A DNA stretch of 64,000 bases from a virus, in the IMG/VR virus record IMGVR_UViG_3300028874_000014, positions 2,396-66,395 of that record; one strand, written 5' to 3'. Below the pieces are notes generated by a model. The model did not search any database. It was not told the origin of the DNA and was given only the letters and a program-made list of their open reading frames with translations. Positions 30,001 through 39,488 of this stretch are shown here, one piece after another. The position numbers and the translations under genes are program-made. Numbering within the stretch: the stretch's first letter is position 1; each line of letters starts with the position of its first letter.

Positions 30001-30719
30001 AGACCATCATTAGCATAAACAAAATACATTTGTGCATTATTGTCTGGAGTTTTTTCAAATGGCCCATCACTATCCAAATCACTAGAAGTAATTTCCATCG
30101 GGATGGTTTGTGTTGTAGTAGTGACATTATAGCCGTAGACCCCGTTAGCAAATGAACTCTGCAGATTGTTAAATGCATAAAGTTGAAATGCAATGTCGCC
30201 AACTTGGAATGCTTTATAGGGTGATCCAAATTGTTGAATCATCATGAGGTTGATGACTAAATAAAATTGTTCTTTCCAGAGCGAATTATTAGGATCATTC
30301 CAAACAATAGTTCTATTGCTTAAGTCATTACCCTGAGAATCGATGATTGATTCTGTAGTAGAGACAGAAGTCAATTTCACTAGGCCACGAGCTGGTAGAT
30401 TTCGTGATGCAGTATACGAAATTAATTTAGCAAGCTTAAGAATATTTTGTTTGCGTTCCGCTGTTGGCATGAAGTTTTCATGCGTGGCCATATCTATTCT
30501 ATATGCAAGCTGTTCAGCGACAAGCGAGAATGCGTCAATAATTGCAATCAGTTCAGATGTTTCAATGTAGTCATTGAATACTTCTGGGTAATACAGTTGC
30601 ATGTATTGGATCAATGATTCTTTAACAGACTCATAATCAAACGAGGCAAAATTGATTTTTTCAAAAGCCTGGTAAACAGATTGCCAAGTTTCAGCAGCGT
30701 ATAATGTTGTGATAGTCAT
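27060..30719 (-). CDS. Baseplate wedge subunit (T4 gp6-like)
   Basis: 'FDYESVKESL..Y', 'ENFMPTAERKQNILKLAKLISY', 'LFGDG', 'EDIEHIRQVAP..Y.QGRMVNGQDY'. Confidence 0.88.
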   Translation of the reverse strand: MTITTLYAAETWQSVYQAFEKINFASFDYESVKESLIQYMQLYYPEVFNDYIETSELIAIIDAFSLVAEQLAYRIDMATHENFMPTAERKQNILKLAKLISYTASRNLPARGLVKLTSVSTTESIIDSQGNDLSNRTIVWNDPNNSLWKEQFYLVINLMMIQQFGSPYKAFQVGDIAFQLYAFNNLQSSFANGVYGYNVTTTTQTIPMEITSSDLDSDGPFEKTPDNNAQMYFVYANDGLGDGSDNTGFMMFTKQGQLSNVPLSFSTSIPNQVIDVTLQNINNTDVWINQVDTSGTTLVRWTQVDTINAQNIYFNVDTIATKFEVETLENDQIRLLFGDGNFATIPVGNFNLWVRQSLNSNAVIQQNSVVNVPLGFTYTSAFDINETASMTFSLISSLQNGAASEDIEHIRQVAPSTYYSQGRMVNGQDYNTMLLRDSSILKLTAVNRTFAGQPKYIDWNDASGTYQNVKIFGDDLSIYWNMSNNSEVTTLSSRVLIDQIIEPLLSDSGVVNTLVSMIAQNSQLVNITANPRTAFIEDSTLGLLEKTAIQGLLDRHWYGEPESTVVIGGIEYADVENLANSNYNIYDNTEPRTIDGVTPYLSGLPSGLQQPSNQQTFGLGFTTDVGMTGNGVIVDITVTSGAPNETWTIEYINQDSTSSTFTVTGSVSGYQGTALMNSSVPYSNENISFMITSSTTAFVLGDAFVLDVVSGVATQRTFTFGVSTYPGVNLNGAWYTIDGTLLNQTDSFDYAYTTTTIPGFDRSWIFLISSISDTSGTILEWEVIYRDLQIAVGSTTTNFWYNSDQTIIDPDTQDIVSDRIALLKSNLNKARTLAIGTNSNYDVVGPIQYNTGVVNVNALEVLPTTNNGVDSSGNIIPSDSMAFTQFVNVGLKYVFTQTTAASTWTITHSLGTTTPTLNYITISASGYTPTFTAIDANHCTVSFVSSDLAPVEVTGTISLFNYTNVDYVYFTAPSSTDPNNATTPIVPTPTIKNLFPVGALTSNDGQYIRTIGRNNLDFLWQHFTPNANLIDPSTSNIIDMFVLTEGYYDSSIAYIAGTTTDVPVPPTPLDLRNSYSSLLSTKMISDTVVMHSATLKLLFGSLADPQLTAQFQVIQAVNSTLTTNQLQSEILSVINTFFTIANWDFGDTFYATELIALIHQRLPNDVASVVIVPLYVNNSFGSLFVIESGQDEILQSCAQLTDIQIVPMYTASTLRQNLT

Positions 30720-30766
30720 TTGGTCCCTTCGACTCTATTGGGTTCTATTTTCATATTTATAATCTA

Positions 30767-31177
30767 TCAGGTTGTATAAATTTGGATGTTTAAATCGCCA
30801 GTTATATTGAGTTCAACATATAACAGGTTTGCGATTGCTACAATTGCATATTGATCCGGGAGCGAATAAATATTCAATGACTGGAGTTTAACTCGAGGAT
30901 CATAGTTAAATACTTTAGTCAAATCTTCCTGGATAATAGATTGGGTATCTTGATCATTAGGCTCAAATGCCAAATTTGGAATACGGGTTCCGAATGATGG
31001 CATATGCGGCCTAGAATAATATGTCGTATAGATATGGTTCAAAAGATCTTCATTTACGCAATCGATATTGGTGATAGAAAAAGAGCCACCAGGTTTACTA
31101 GCGTTCCTGGAAGAAAATCCTTTGTAATAAATTTTATTTGCATTTGCTACTTTGTTATTTGTTCTTAGCTCAGCCAT
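30767..31177 (-). CDS. Baseplate wedge subunit (T4 gp25-like)
   Basis: 'YKGFS', 'DLLNHI', 'P.FGT.I..LAFEP', 'YDPRV'. Confidence 0.9.
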   Translation of the reverse strand: MAELRTNNKVANANKIYYKGFSSRNASKPGGSFSITNIDCVNEDLLNHIYTTYYSRPHMPSFGTRIPNLAFEPNDQDTQSIIQEDLTKVFNYDPRVKLQSLNIYSLPDQYAIVAIANLLYVELNITGDLNIQIYTT

Positions 31178-31179
31178 GA

Positions 31180-31848
31180 TTAATATGCCTTTAATACATC
31201 GTCTATTTTTGTTGGGCCTTTGAAACTCATTGCATCTACAACCGGATCAATAAACACTATTTGTGTTCCTCTCATTCCAAAATTTCCAATATGAAAATCT
31301 GGTGATAATTCATGTTTGAATAATTCGCGACCAACCTCTACACAGTTTTCTAAGAAGTCTATGAATTTAGGAGTACTCTTTTTAACATCCGCACCAATAA
31401 ATTCTAACATTTCCGGAACAGATTGTTTCTTTAGAAATTTGTAATTAGACATCCTTCCAAATATCCTATGTTCTATGATTTCTGAACTATCTTCATAACC
31501 GAAATCGATTAGTGATTTTGGCATTTTTAAATGTTCAACCCTAATAAATTTCATATCTTGCGGTTTACCAGTTAACGCATGTCTCATTTGAAAATGTTGA
31601 ATTTTACCATGAACTTTTAACAAATACGGATTATCTTGATGTTTAATACAATATGCGATATATTCTTCATATGCTTTATCATCAACCCAGATTTTTAATA
31701 CTTCACTATCAGACAGTTCAAAAGCATATCCATAAACTCCTTTACCTAAGAGTTTTTTAAATACTCCTTCTTTTTCTAGCATCTTCATAATCAATGTTCC
31801 GGACATTGACGCGTATTTTTTAATTCCACTAAGCTCAAATAGTTTCAT
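31180..31848 (-). CDS. Protein-kinase-like fold enzyme
   Basis: Gly loop 'LGKGVYGYAF', beta3 Lys 'VLKIW', catalytic 'DFHIGN', 'VFIDP'. Confidence 0.78.
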   Translation of the reverse strand: MKLFELSGIKKYASMSGTLIMKMLEKEGVFKKLLGKGVYGYAFELSDSEVLKIWVDDKAYEEYIAYCIKHQDNPYLLKVHGKIQHFQMRHALTGKPQDMKFIRVEHLKMPKSLIDFGYEDSSEIIEHRIFGRMSNYKFLKKQSVPEMLEFIGADVKKSTPKFIDFLENCVEVGRELFKHELSPDFHIGNFGMRGTQIVFIDPVVDAMSFKGPTKIDDVLKAY

Positions 31849-31849
31849 C

Positions 31850-32995
31850 TTAAGGAGACCATAATTTATTACGTGTTATTCCAACGGCAGCACTGCGAGT
31901 CCAAGGTTCATGTGTGGGTGCCAATGGAGGAGCTGCAGCATTAGCAGCAGTTGGAGGTGCTTTACTATTTAACTGAATTGTTGATCCTTGTAGAATAATA
32001 TCAGCGGTTGACCCAAGGCCTATATAATCACCAGCAGTAATAGCCGTAGTACATCCAGAATTCAAATTAATATCAACACCACTTGTAATGTTAACTCCGG
32101 TTTTTCCGGACATATTGATTGCACCACCAGCGGTCATATTGATATTCCCTACAGCAGAAATATTGAAATCTGCACCAGTCCCAAATGAGATAGATTGAGC
32201 TCCATAAAATTGAATATGGCCATCCGAATCCATTTCAAACCAAGAGTTTCCTAGGTTAGTAGAAACATAAATTCTCTCATTGGTATCATCTAAAATCATT
32301 TGATGGCCAGTGGTAGTCTTAATCCTAATTCTACAAAAATCAGCGGCATCTTGCATCGTAATGAAATGGTGACCCGGTGTCACAAAACAATATGCTTGAG
32401 AATCTAAATCTGTTGGATCGGTTCTATTAGGATTCTGTGCATATCCTTCCGTTCCATCTTTATTAGTAATAGCTTGAGCGACTTGTCGTTCATATCCACC
32501 ACGAGTAAAATAATAGGTTTCTGATAACCCAGCCTCTACTAAATTGACCTTTCCTGGCAGGATTGGCTCATAGGAGTCACTAAACGGTCCCAGCGGCCGT
32601 TTAGTTGGTGGCTGTGTGATATCTTCAGCGCGTCCGCCAGGAAGCCCTCTCTGGCCCATAGACGGGTAAATACAATGAGTCCAAACTCGGTAATTAGTAT
32701 CACCATTTATGAATTGAACTAGGACTGATGCACCAAGTTTAGGGATGGCCCAAAACCCATATGATGTGGGACCATATGAGATATCTCCATTTGGGCCAGC
32801 TGCCATATTTTTAATTGATCCACCAAATGGAGTTGCATAAAGAGTCCATGGAAGATCATCAATCAAATGGTCTTCATTATCAATCGATGGGCAATATACT
32901 CGAACTCGGCCCATCTGGGCCGGATCATTAGTGTCTTCAATGATTCCGATTGTGGTATAAAAAGCCTGTTGTTGGCCTTGTATTGTTCCATTCAT
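31850..32995 (-). CDS. Baseplate central spike (gp5/VgrG OB-fold + beta-helix, no lysozyme domain)
   Basis: 'DPAQMGRVRV', 'LPW', 'P.LGASVLVQFINGD', 'TTTGHQMILDD'. Confidence 0.88.
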   Translation of the reverse strand: MNGTIQGQQQAFYTTIGIIEDTNDPAQMGRVRVYCPSIDNEDHLIDDLPWTLYATPFGGSIKNMAAGPNGDISYGPTSYGFWAIPKLGASVLVQFINGDTNYRVWTHCIYPSMGQRGLPGGRAEDITQPPTKRPLGPFSDSYEPILPGKVNLVEAGLSETYYFTRGGYERQVAQAITNKDGTEGYAQNPNRTDPTDLDSQAYCFVTPGHHFITMQDAADFCRIRIKTTTGHQMILDDTNERIYVSTNLGNSWFEMDSDGHIQFYGAQSISFGTGADFNISAVGNINMTAGGAINMSGKTGVNITSGVDINLNSGCTTAITAGDYIGLGSTADIILQGSTIQLNSKAPPTAANAAAPPLAPTHEPWTRSAAVGITRNKLWSP

Positions 32996-34938
32996 TATTG
33001 TGTGCCATCCGGTGGTAATAGATCATTCAAATCATAAGCTGCTAGTGATAGTTCTTGTGTGAATTCACCATTAGTAAATTTATTTTCAAAATTAAAGACC
33101 CTATAATAACCTTTATAAAAATACGGAATATATTTACCAGGAGTATCAGGGTCTGGTTCATAGATATTTATTTTAATCAATATAGGTATATTAGATCCTT
33201 GGTCACCAGCATATGAGGTTTGTGTAGTAGGATCAAAAGGCCCAACCATGGTTTTAGATGTTGCTTCAGCTTTGGCCGCCATGGTATCTAATTGCGCCTG
33301 ATATGCAGCATCATCATGAGGCATAATAGGAACAATCTGTTGATTTAATAATGCTGGGTTTCCGCGAATAGTCATCTTTCCACTATTCGTATCATTAGCA
33401 ATACATAATGCCAACATTTTTACATAATCGTCTTTGAGCTTTGCTGAATCCGGTGCAGCGTATATATATCCGCGCTGTGCTTCAGATGTCAATGTTGGCA
33501 AATACACTGGGTCATTTTTACGAATCTCAATAACTGATGCAGTTTGTTTTGTTGTTGCTTTAGATTGAGTTGGGTCTGATGTAGCAGTTTTTGATATTCC
33601 GGTGACTGCAGTATTTGATCCGGGTCTATTTTGTTGCATAAAAAGATTAGTCAAATTTGCTTTAATAGCAAATTCTAAAATATCACTATTCTTCCCAGTG
33701 AAAATATAATCAAAGATCATTCCATACTGTGCTTCTTCTGCATGATGCGCTGCTGAAGTCTGAGCATTAGTAGGTGCTGTCTTAGTTTTATTTACCGTGA
33801 CTGCGCCCGAATTATTATTTGTTGTCGTTGCATCTGGAGTTTTTGGCAAATAATAATTAACCGTATCAAAATGGATAGTCACTGAATTGTCATCACTGGT
33901 TTGGGAAGTAATAACTTGATGGAGTTTAGGAACTTGGCCGGCTTTCATTGCCTCATTATCGACTAGGGCCTGATGAATTTGATCACAGTGTTTAAAAATC
34001 TCAGATAGAATTTGAATCACGGTCACTTTAGTGTTTGTATTGATTTGTGATTTAAATCTGTCAGAGTCAGATTGGGGTTTTTGTTGGCTATTAGGAACGG
34101 GCTGGGCAGTTTGTTGAACAGCCTGTTGTTCTTTAGGAAATAATTTTTCTACGAAATTATCTTTAGTAATACACTTTACCGTGTAATTACTCCAATCAGA
34201 TGGAATAGTAAATTTATATTTAACAAGGCGGCCATTCCCACCAGTAGCTTGTTTGACTGCGGTAAATTGATCTTTTAATTGGGCATTAAGTTTTGATTCT
34301 AAATTTTGAATTATGTCCTTCAACATAATGCTATTATTATTAGAAACTAAATTTAAATTTCTGTTGACATATAAAATCCCATGATCTTGTAATGGCGCAC
34401 CAGCGCCCATTCCAACAGCATTAATAACATGAGTTCCACCTGTCGCATCAAAAGATGATTCGACAGCCTGAATAAGAATTTGGACAGGATCTAATTGGAT
34501 AGTCGTAGTTGTTCCTTGATCAGTATGCCCAACAAAAAAAGTCTTAAGCAAAAAAACCAATCCTGGAGCGCTAGTCTGAAATGTATCATCTGTTAAATTT
34601 TTAAAGAAATTTAAAAATGCAACACCGGCAGTATCTTTAACAGTGATCACAAAATTCTGATCCATTGTCATGGCTTTACCGGGTTTCATGCCTACATAAC
34701 TGGTTGAAAATGACATTGATTCGATAAAAAATTTAGAGTCGGTTTCAGAATTAATTATCATAACAATCGTAGAACCGTTAGAGGTAAATGATTGCCCGTG
34801 TTGAAGTTGCGACAATGCAGCAAATGAAGTTTGGCTAGCTTGCAATGTTCTTAATGCTTCAGTGTTATTGCAAGCAACAATGAAATGATGATAGCTAAAA
34901 CTACGATATTGATCTAATGGATTTGGCGGATTGGACAT
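32995..34938 (-). CDS. Baseplate hub protein (gp27-like)
   Basis: 'NPLDQYRSFSYH', 'YIFTGKNSDIL', 'MTIRGNP', 'GYYRV....NKFTNGEFTQEL'; between gp53-like and gp5-like genes. Confidence 0.7.
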   Translation of the reverse strand: MSNPPNPLDQYRSFSYHHFIVACNNTEALRTLQASQTSFAALSQLQHGQSFTSNGSTIVMIINSETDSKFFIESMSFSTSYVGMKPGKAMTMDQNFVITVKDTAGVAFLNFFKNLTDDTFQTSAPGLVFLLKTFFVGHTDQGTTTTIQLDPVQILIQAVESSFDATGGTHVINAVGMGAGAPLQDHGILYVNRNLNLVSNNNSIMLKDIIQNLESKLNAQLKDQFTAVKQATGGNGRLVKYKFTIPSDWSNYTVKCITKDNFVEKLFPKEQQAVQQTAQPVPNSQQKPQSDSDRFKSQINTNTKVTVIQILSEIFKHCDQIHQALVDNEAMKAGQVPKLHQVITSQTSDDNSVTIHFDTVNYYLPKTPDATTTNNNSGAVTVNKTKTAPTNAQTSAAHHAEEAQYGMIFDYIFTGKNSDILEFAIKANLTNLFMQQNRPGSNTAVTGISKTATSDPTQSKATTKQTASVIEIRKNDPVYLPTLTSEAQRGYIYAAPDSAKLKDDYVKMLALCIANDTNSGKMTIRGNPALLNQQIVPIMPHDDAAYQAQLDTMAAKAEATSKTMVGPFDPTTQTSYAGDQGSNIPILIKINIYEPDPDTPGKYIPYFYKGYYRVFNFENKFTNGEFTQELSLAAYDLNDLLPPDGTQ

Positions 34939-34997
34939 GTCACTTCTAGATATGGATTAATGAAATATTTATCATTAATCCATATCATAAAAATGTG

Positions 34998-35372
34998 TCA
35001 AACTACAATAGGTGTAATTAAAGGAGGAGTGATTGCTGTTGATGGAACACCCCCTGTTTTTCCATTCAAGAAATCTTTATTGACGCGATCCTTAGTTGGA
35101 ATAAGTAATACAGTCCCAGCAATAAATTCTTCATTGATATCAAGAATATTGTTATATTGAAGAATGATCCACCATAAACTGGAATCATTATAAAATACTG
35201 AGGCTAGTTTATCAGGCCTACCTTCAAATCGTTTTTCTAATACATATTCCAAATCTGTTGAATTGGTAGTGAACATAGTTCTCTCCCACCACTCTACGAA
35301 ATTCCCATCGACTTCTGTTGTGCCACCATTTGTGTATCTAGAATTTTGGGTGTATGTGCTATTCATTGCCAT
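34998..35372 (-). CDS. Baseplate wedge LysM-like protein (gp53-like)
   Basis: 'RPDKLA..FYNDSSLWWIILQYN...F.AGT.L.IP'. Confidence 0.85.
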   Translation of the reverse strand: MAMNSTYTQNSRYTNGGTTEVDGNFVEWWERTMFTTNSTDLEYVLEKRFEGRPDKLASVFYNDSSLWWIILQYNNILDINEEFIAGTVLLIPTKDRVNKDFLNGKTGGVPSTAITPPLITPIVV

Positions 35373-35374
35373 AA

Positions 35375-36310
35375 TTATATAGTCGCTGGTGAAGAGGATG
35401 GCGATGAGAAGCCTTGTGGTGAAGAATACGGAGTTGATGCGGCTGACGCTCCGGATGAGGTTGCTGTTGTTCCGGCTGATGAATTTGATGGTGATCCACT
35501 AAATGTAAAAGCCCCAACCATATCACCTGATTTGTATTTTGTGATGTCGAAACTTGAGTATTCTTCAGGTGAATATCCTTCGACTAAGTTCAATGAGATA
35601 TCCATAATAGTTGGAAATGGAAATCCATCAGATGTCGGAATGTAATCACAATTATCCGGATAAACCCAATGATAGCTTAAAAGAATAACAGGAAGTTTAT
35701 CAATGTTTTTTGTTCCGTATACACTGAATAGCAATGTATCCGGAGGTGCACCAAGTTTAGCGGCTTGCGATGAGGCTGTTCCTGTTCCGTAATATGGCAT
35801 AACCCAACTTCTAATCAAATTGATATAGGCCAAATTAGAAGTTGCTTCAGCAGCGGTTCTAGAAATTAATTTACAGGTTAGATTAAATGTTCTAGCATCA
35901 GTATTTTTATAAACTTGAATAGTTCCCGGGTGATGGACTGGAGCCAAATGCTCATAGTTAGCCTGACGTGATTCATCGATCTGTGGGGTTACAGTAAAAA
36001 TAACTTTATCACTTGGGTTTTGTTTAGAAACTATAATAGCTTGAAAACTACTTCCAGTCAATGTAATATTTGTTGCGCCAGATGTAGAAGTTGGTGTATT
36101 CCCGGGAACTACAGCTGCATTCAATTCATTAGTGATTTGAAAATTATATGGTGTTGAATTACTTGGAGCAACAGGTAAAGATGATGTCACTGCTGAGGAT
36201 CCAACTCCAACATTCCCAGAAAGCCCACCAATCCCAGGAACACTTTCTAATTCCGTTGTTAGATCTGCGGTGGATGGTGTTGATGTATCTGGCGCAAATA
36301 AATTACTCAT
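35375..36310 (-). CDS. Tail tube initiator / baseplate-tube junction protein
   Basis: 'TPQIDESRQANY', 'LGAPP..LLFS.YG', 'PVIL.SY...YP..DY', 'ISLNL'. Confidence 0.7.
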   Translation of the reverse strand: MSNLFAPDTSTPSTADLTTELESVPGIGGLSGNVGVGSSAVTSSLPVAPSNSTPYNFQITNELNAAVVPGNTPTSTSGATNITLTGSSFQAIIVSKQNPSDKVIFTVTPQIDESRQANYEHLAPVHHPGTIQVYKNTDARTFNLTCKLISRTAAEATSNLAYINLIRSWVMPYYGTGTASSQAAKLGAPPDTLLFSVYGTKNIDKLPVILLSYHWVYPDNCDYIPTSDGFPFPTIMDISLNLVEGYSPEEYSSFDITKYKSGDMVGAFTFSGSPSNSSAGTTATSSGASAASTPYSSPQGFSSPSSSPATI

Positions 36311-36950
36311 TCTTATCCTCTAAATTTTCTCTCAATTCATTCCACATTTGTTTTGCAACATCATCATTTTTAATGGCAATCATGTCTCTAAAATCTTCAT
36401 ACTTGTTTGCAATAACTGCAGCACGAACTGTTGTCCCGGAAACTCCTTTTACATCATGCGCATCAGGATCCCGTTCTAAGACTACAGCTTTATGCTCAAT
36501 AGAGGAACCATCAGGTTGCTTAAAATATTTGTCTAATATTTCTTTATAACTTTGAGCTCTATTTTCTTCATCACCGAAAGAAAAATGGCCACCGACCACG
36601 CACATCGGTTCATATCCCATTTCACGACATTTAATAAAGGCGTCAAAAACATTCCCAACTACAATATATTTGACGCCTTTTCCATATGATGAATGTTCCA
36701 AATAGTAAACACGAGATTCGCCAGATAAAGGATTCTTAGATTTATCTTTACTGGTTTCTTTACCTTCTACAACACAAACTATGATTGCATCATATTTGTA
36801 TTTTCTAAATGCTTTTTTGGCTGCATCAATTATAGCAGAATGTCCGGCCGTGGGTGGTTGGAACCGACCAATAACTAAAACTGCAGTTTTGTCTTGCATT
36901 GGGGGTGTCGATTTACCTTTTTTCTCAGCAAGTAAAATCTTTATTGGCAT
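36303..36950 (-). CDS. HxGH-class (cytidylyl/adenylyl) nucleotidyltransferase
   Basis: 'IGRFQPPTAGH', 'KNPLS', 'VSGT.VR'; likely start ATG at 36950 (MPIKILLAE) after ATAAATA. Confidence 0.82.
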   Translation of the reverse strand: MPIKILLAEKKGKSTPPMQDKTAVLVIGRFQPPTAGHSAIIDAAKKAFRKYKYDAIIVCVVEGKETSKDKSKNPLSGESRVYYLEHSSYGKGVKYIVVGNVFDAFIKCREMGYEPMCVVGGHFSFGDEENRAQSYKEILDKYFKQPDGSSIEHKAVVLERDPDAHDVKGVSGTTVRAAVIANKYEDFRDMIAIKNDDVAKQMWNELRENLEDKNE

Positions 36951-36998
36951 TATGTATGAATTCTCTATATGATAAATATATTTATTGTTTTTCAGATA

Positions 36999-37027
36999 TG
37001 TACAAATCTTGAGTCTTGAAGTATAAT
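36999..37027 (+). promoter_or_regulatory. Early-type promoter TGTACA-N17-TATAAT
   Basis: Exact 17-nt spacer; precedes the gp55-like gene. Confidence 0.8.
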
Positions 37028-37069
37028 ACTTAGAAATAACCACATAAAAATAATAAAAGGTTAACACAC

Positions 37070-37708
37070 ATGGCATCAAAATCGAAGTCAGGCCCAGTTG
37101 TCATCATTCCAACACTAGATACTCCAGAATCATTGTTTGGCGAAGAAGTTAAAGAAATAGTTCTTCCAAAAAAACGCATTCCGAAATATTATTTAACTAA
37201 TGCAGATTTACTTCCTGCCGTCCTTGAATCCAAAAAGCATGGTAAAATGACAGACAAATTAGCAAAGATGCTAATGCTTCTCACTGATAGGTATTCCAGA
37301 CGTTCAAACTTTGGCGGATACAGCTTCCGTGAAGACATGGTTTCAGCTGCATTAATCAACCTATGCCAAAATGCATTGAAGTTTAATCCAGAGAAATCAT
37401 CAAATCCATTTGCTTTTTACACAACAGCAATAAAAAATAGTTTTCTGCAATATATGATCGATGAAAAGAAGCAGCGTTTCATCCGTGATTCTTTATTGAT
37501 TGAGGCTGGACAGGATGCTAGTTATGGGTTTATGGAATCTAGGACTAATTCAGATGATTTGAGTTATGGTGATCATGTTGCTGAAACACGAATCCCAGAA
37601 TCTAATCCGTTCAAAAAGAAAATTGACGAAGCTAAAGCTAAAAAAACAAAACGCCAAGAATTAAAAGAAAAAAAAGAGAAGACAATTAAGGCACTTCTCA
37701 CATTTTAA
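37070..37708 (+). CDS. Late-transcription sigma factor (T4 gp55-like)
   Basis: 'YYLTNADL', 'NFGGYSFREDMV', 'FNPEKSSNPFAFYT....NSFLQ....EKKQ'. Confidence 0.92.
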   Translation: MASKSKSGPVVIIPTLDTPESLFGEEVKEIVLPKKRIPKYYLTNADLLPAVLESKKHGKMTDKLAKMLMLLTDRYSRRSNFGGYSFREDMVSAALINLCQNALKFNPEKSSNPFAFYTTAIKNSFLQYMIDEKKQRFIRDSLLIEAGQDASYGFMESRTNSDDLSYGDHVAETRIPESNPFKKKIDEAKAKKTKRQELKEKKEKTIKALLTF

Positions 37709-37712
37709 GTAT

Positions 37713-39482
37713 ATGAAATATTTAGTAGAACAAAATATAATTACGAAATCCGGTAAAGTCAATACGAATTACAGACATTTATTAACCGATGAAATTATTT
37801 CGTATTTGGTTTTGAAGACTCCACATTTAGATAGTGATAGTTCTCCTATGGAGAGGATCTTTAATATCGTAAATGGTATTAATGAATCTAAATTATGTGA
37901 AGAGTGCAATGCTAAAATTGCATTTGTTCGCGGATATAGAAAATATTGCTCGACTAAATGTTCCAATAATAATTCTAAAGTTAAAGCTAATAAAGAAAAA
38001 ACATGGATCGATATTTATGGAGTGTCGAATCCAAATAAATCTGAATCCATTAGAAATAAAATAGAACAAACCTGTTTAGACAAATATGGAACTATAGTCG
38101 CATCAAAATCTAAACAGGTAAAAGATAAAACGTCTGAAACAATGATTGATAGGTATGGGGTAACAAACCATATGAAATTAGACGAATTCAGATCAAAATC
38201 TAAAAATACTATGTTGGATCGGTATGGGGTTGAATATCCGCTCCAATCAGAAGAAATTTTATCAGCTATGACCGTGACCATGTTGGATAGGTACGGAGTC
38301 AGCCATAATTCCAAAACATCAGCTTTTAAAGAACGAATTAAACAGCGATCATTAGAAAAGAACGGAACGAATCATCATTTAACATCAGGGACAGAATCGC
38401 AGAAATTAGCTTTTAAAATTAGAAAGAAAAACAAAATTGATGTTTGGCTTCCTAAAATCTTACAAAGTTTTCAAGATAAATACATACCAAAATTTAAATT
38501 AGAAGAATTTATTGGCATTGGTAAAGAATATTTATTTGAGTGTTTATCATGTCATACTGATTTTGAAGATATTTTCCATGCGAGTAAAAACCCAAGATGT
38601 CCAATTTGTGAACCAACAAATATCTCCAAAGCTCAAGCCGATATTTTAGAATTTATTTCACTTCATTGTGATGATGAAATTATTACTAATGATCGGAAGG
38701 TTATTGCTCCATTTGAATTAGATATCGTAATACCAAGTAAACAGTTTGCTTTAGAATATAATGGGTTGTATTGGCATTCAGAATCAAATGGTAAAAATAG
38801 TACATATCATTTAAATAAAACTAAGCTAGCCAATAAAGCTGGATTTAAACTAATACAAATTTTCGAAGATGAGTGGATCAACAAACCAGATATAGTAAAA
38901 TCTAGGTTGTTAAGCTACCTTGGGAAATCACCACAAAAAATTTATGCCCGCAAATGTGAAATTAAAAAAATTTCTGCTATTGATAAGAATCTTTTCTTAG
39001 AAGCAAACCATCTCCAAGGAAAAGATTCTAGTTCTATCAGATATGGAGCTTTTTATGAATCTGAATTGATTGCAGTAATGACTTTTGGAAAATCCAGATT
39101 TGATAAAAAAATCGAATGGGAACTAATTAGATATAGTAGTAAAAAATTTACTAATGTGGTTGGTGTGGCCAGTAAAATCCTAGCCAGATTTATTAAAGAC
39201 TATGATCCAACATCTATTATCAGTTATGCCGATTTAAGATGGAGTATTGGAAATTTATATACACAATTGAATTTTGAATGGAGCCATGATTCTATTCCAA
39301 ATCATTTCTATTTCAAAAATAATAAAGTTAGGGAGTCCCGGCAAAAATATCAGAAACATAAACTTTATGACGTATTAGAGAATTATCAAGAAGAGTTGTC
39401 AGCAAATGATAACATGAAAAATAACGGATATAATAAAATCTGGGATTGTGGAAATAAAGTATACATCCTAAAATTAAAATAA
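37713..39482 (+). mobile_element. Free-standing homing endonuclease (Hef/Vsr-like PD-(D/E)XK domain, Zn fingers, (K/R)YG repeats)
   Basis: 'CEEC...YCSTKC', repeated 'DRYGV', 'CPIC', 'ELDIVIP...ALEYNGLYWHSE', 'IFEDEW'; inserted between gp55 and gp47. Confidence 0.8.
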
Positions 39483-39488
39483 AAATAG

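Noticed and set aside
36951-37079. N-terminal 43 codons of ORF 36303-37079 as listed in the track
   Set aside because: Overlaps the divergent promoters and the gp55 start; ATG at 36950 after ATAAATA is more plausible.
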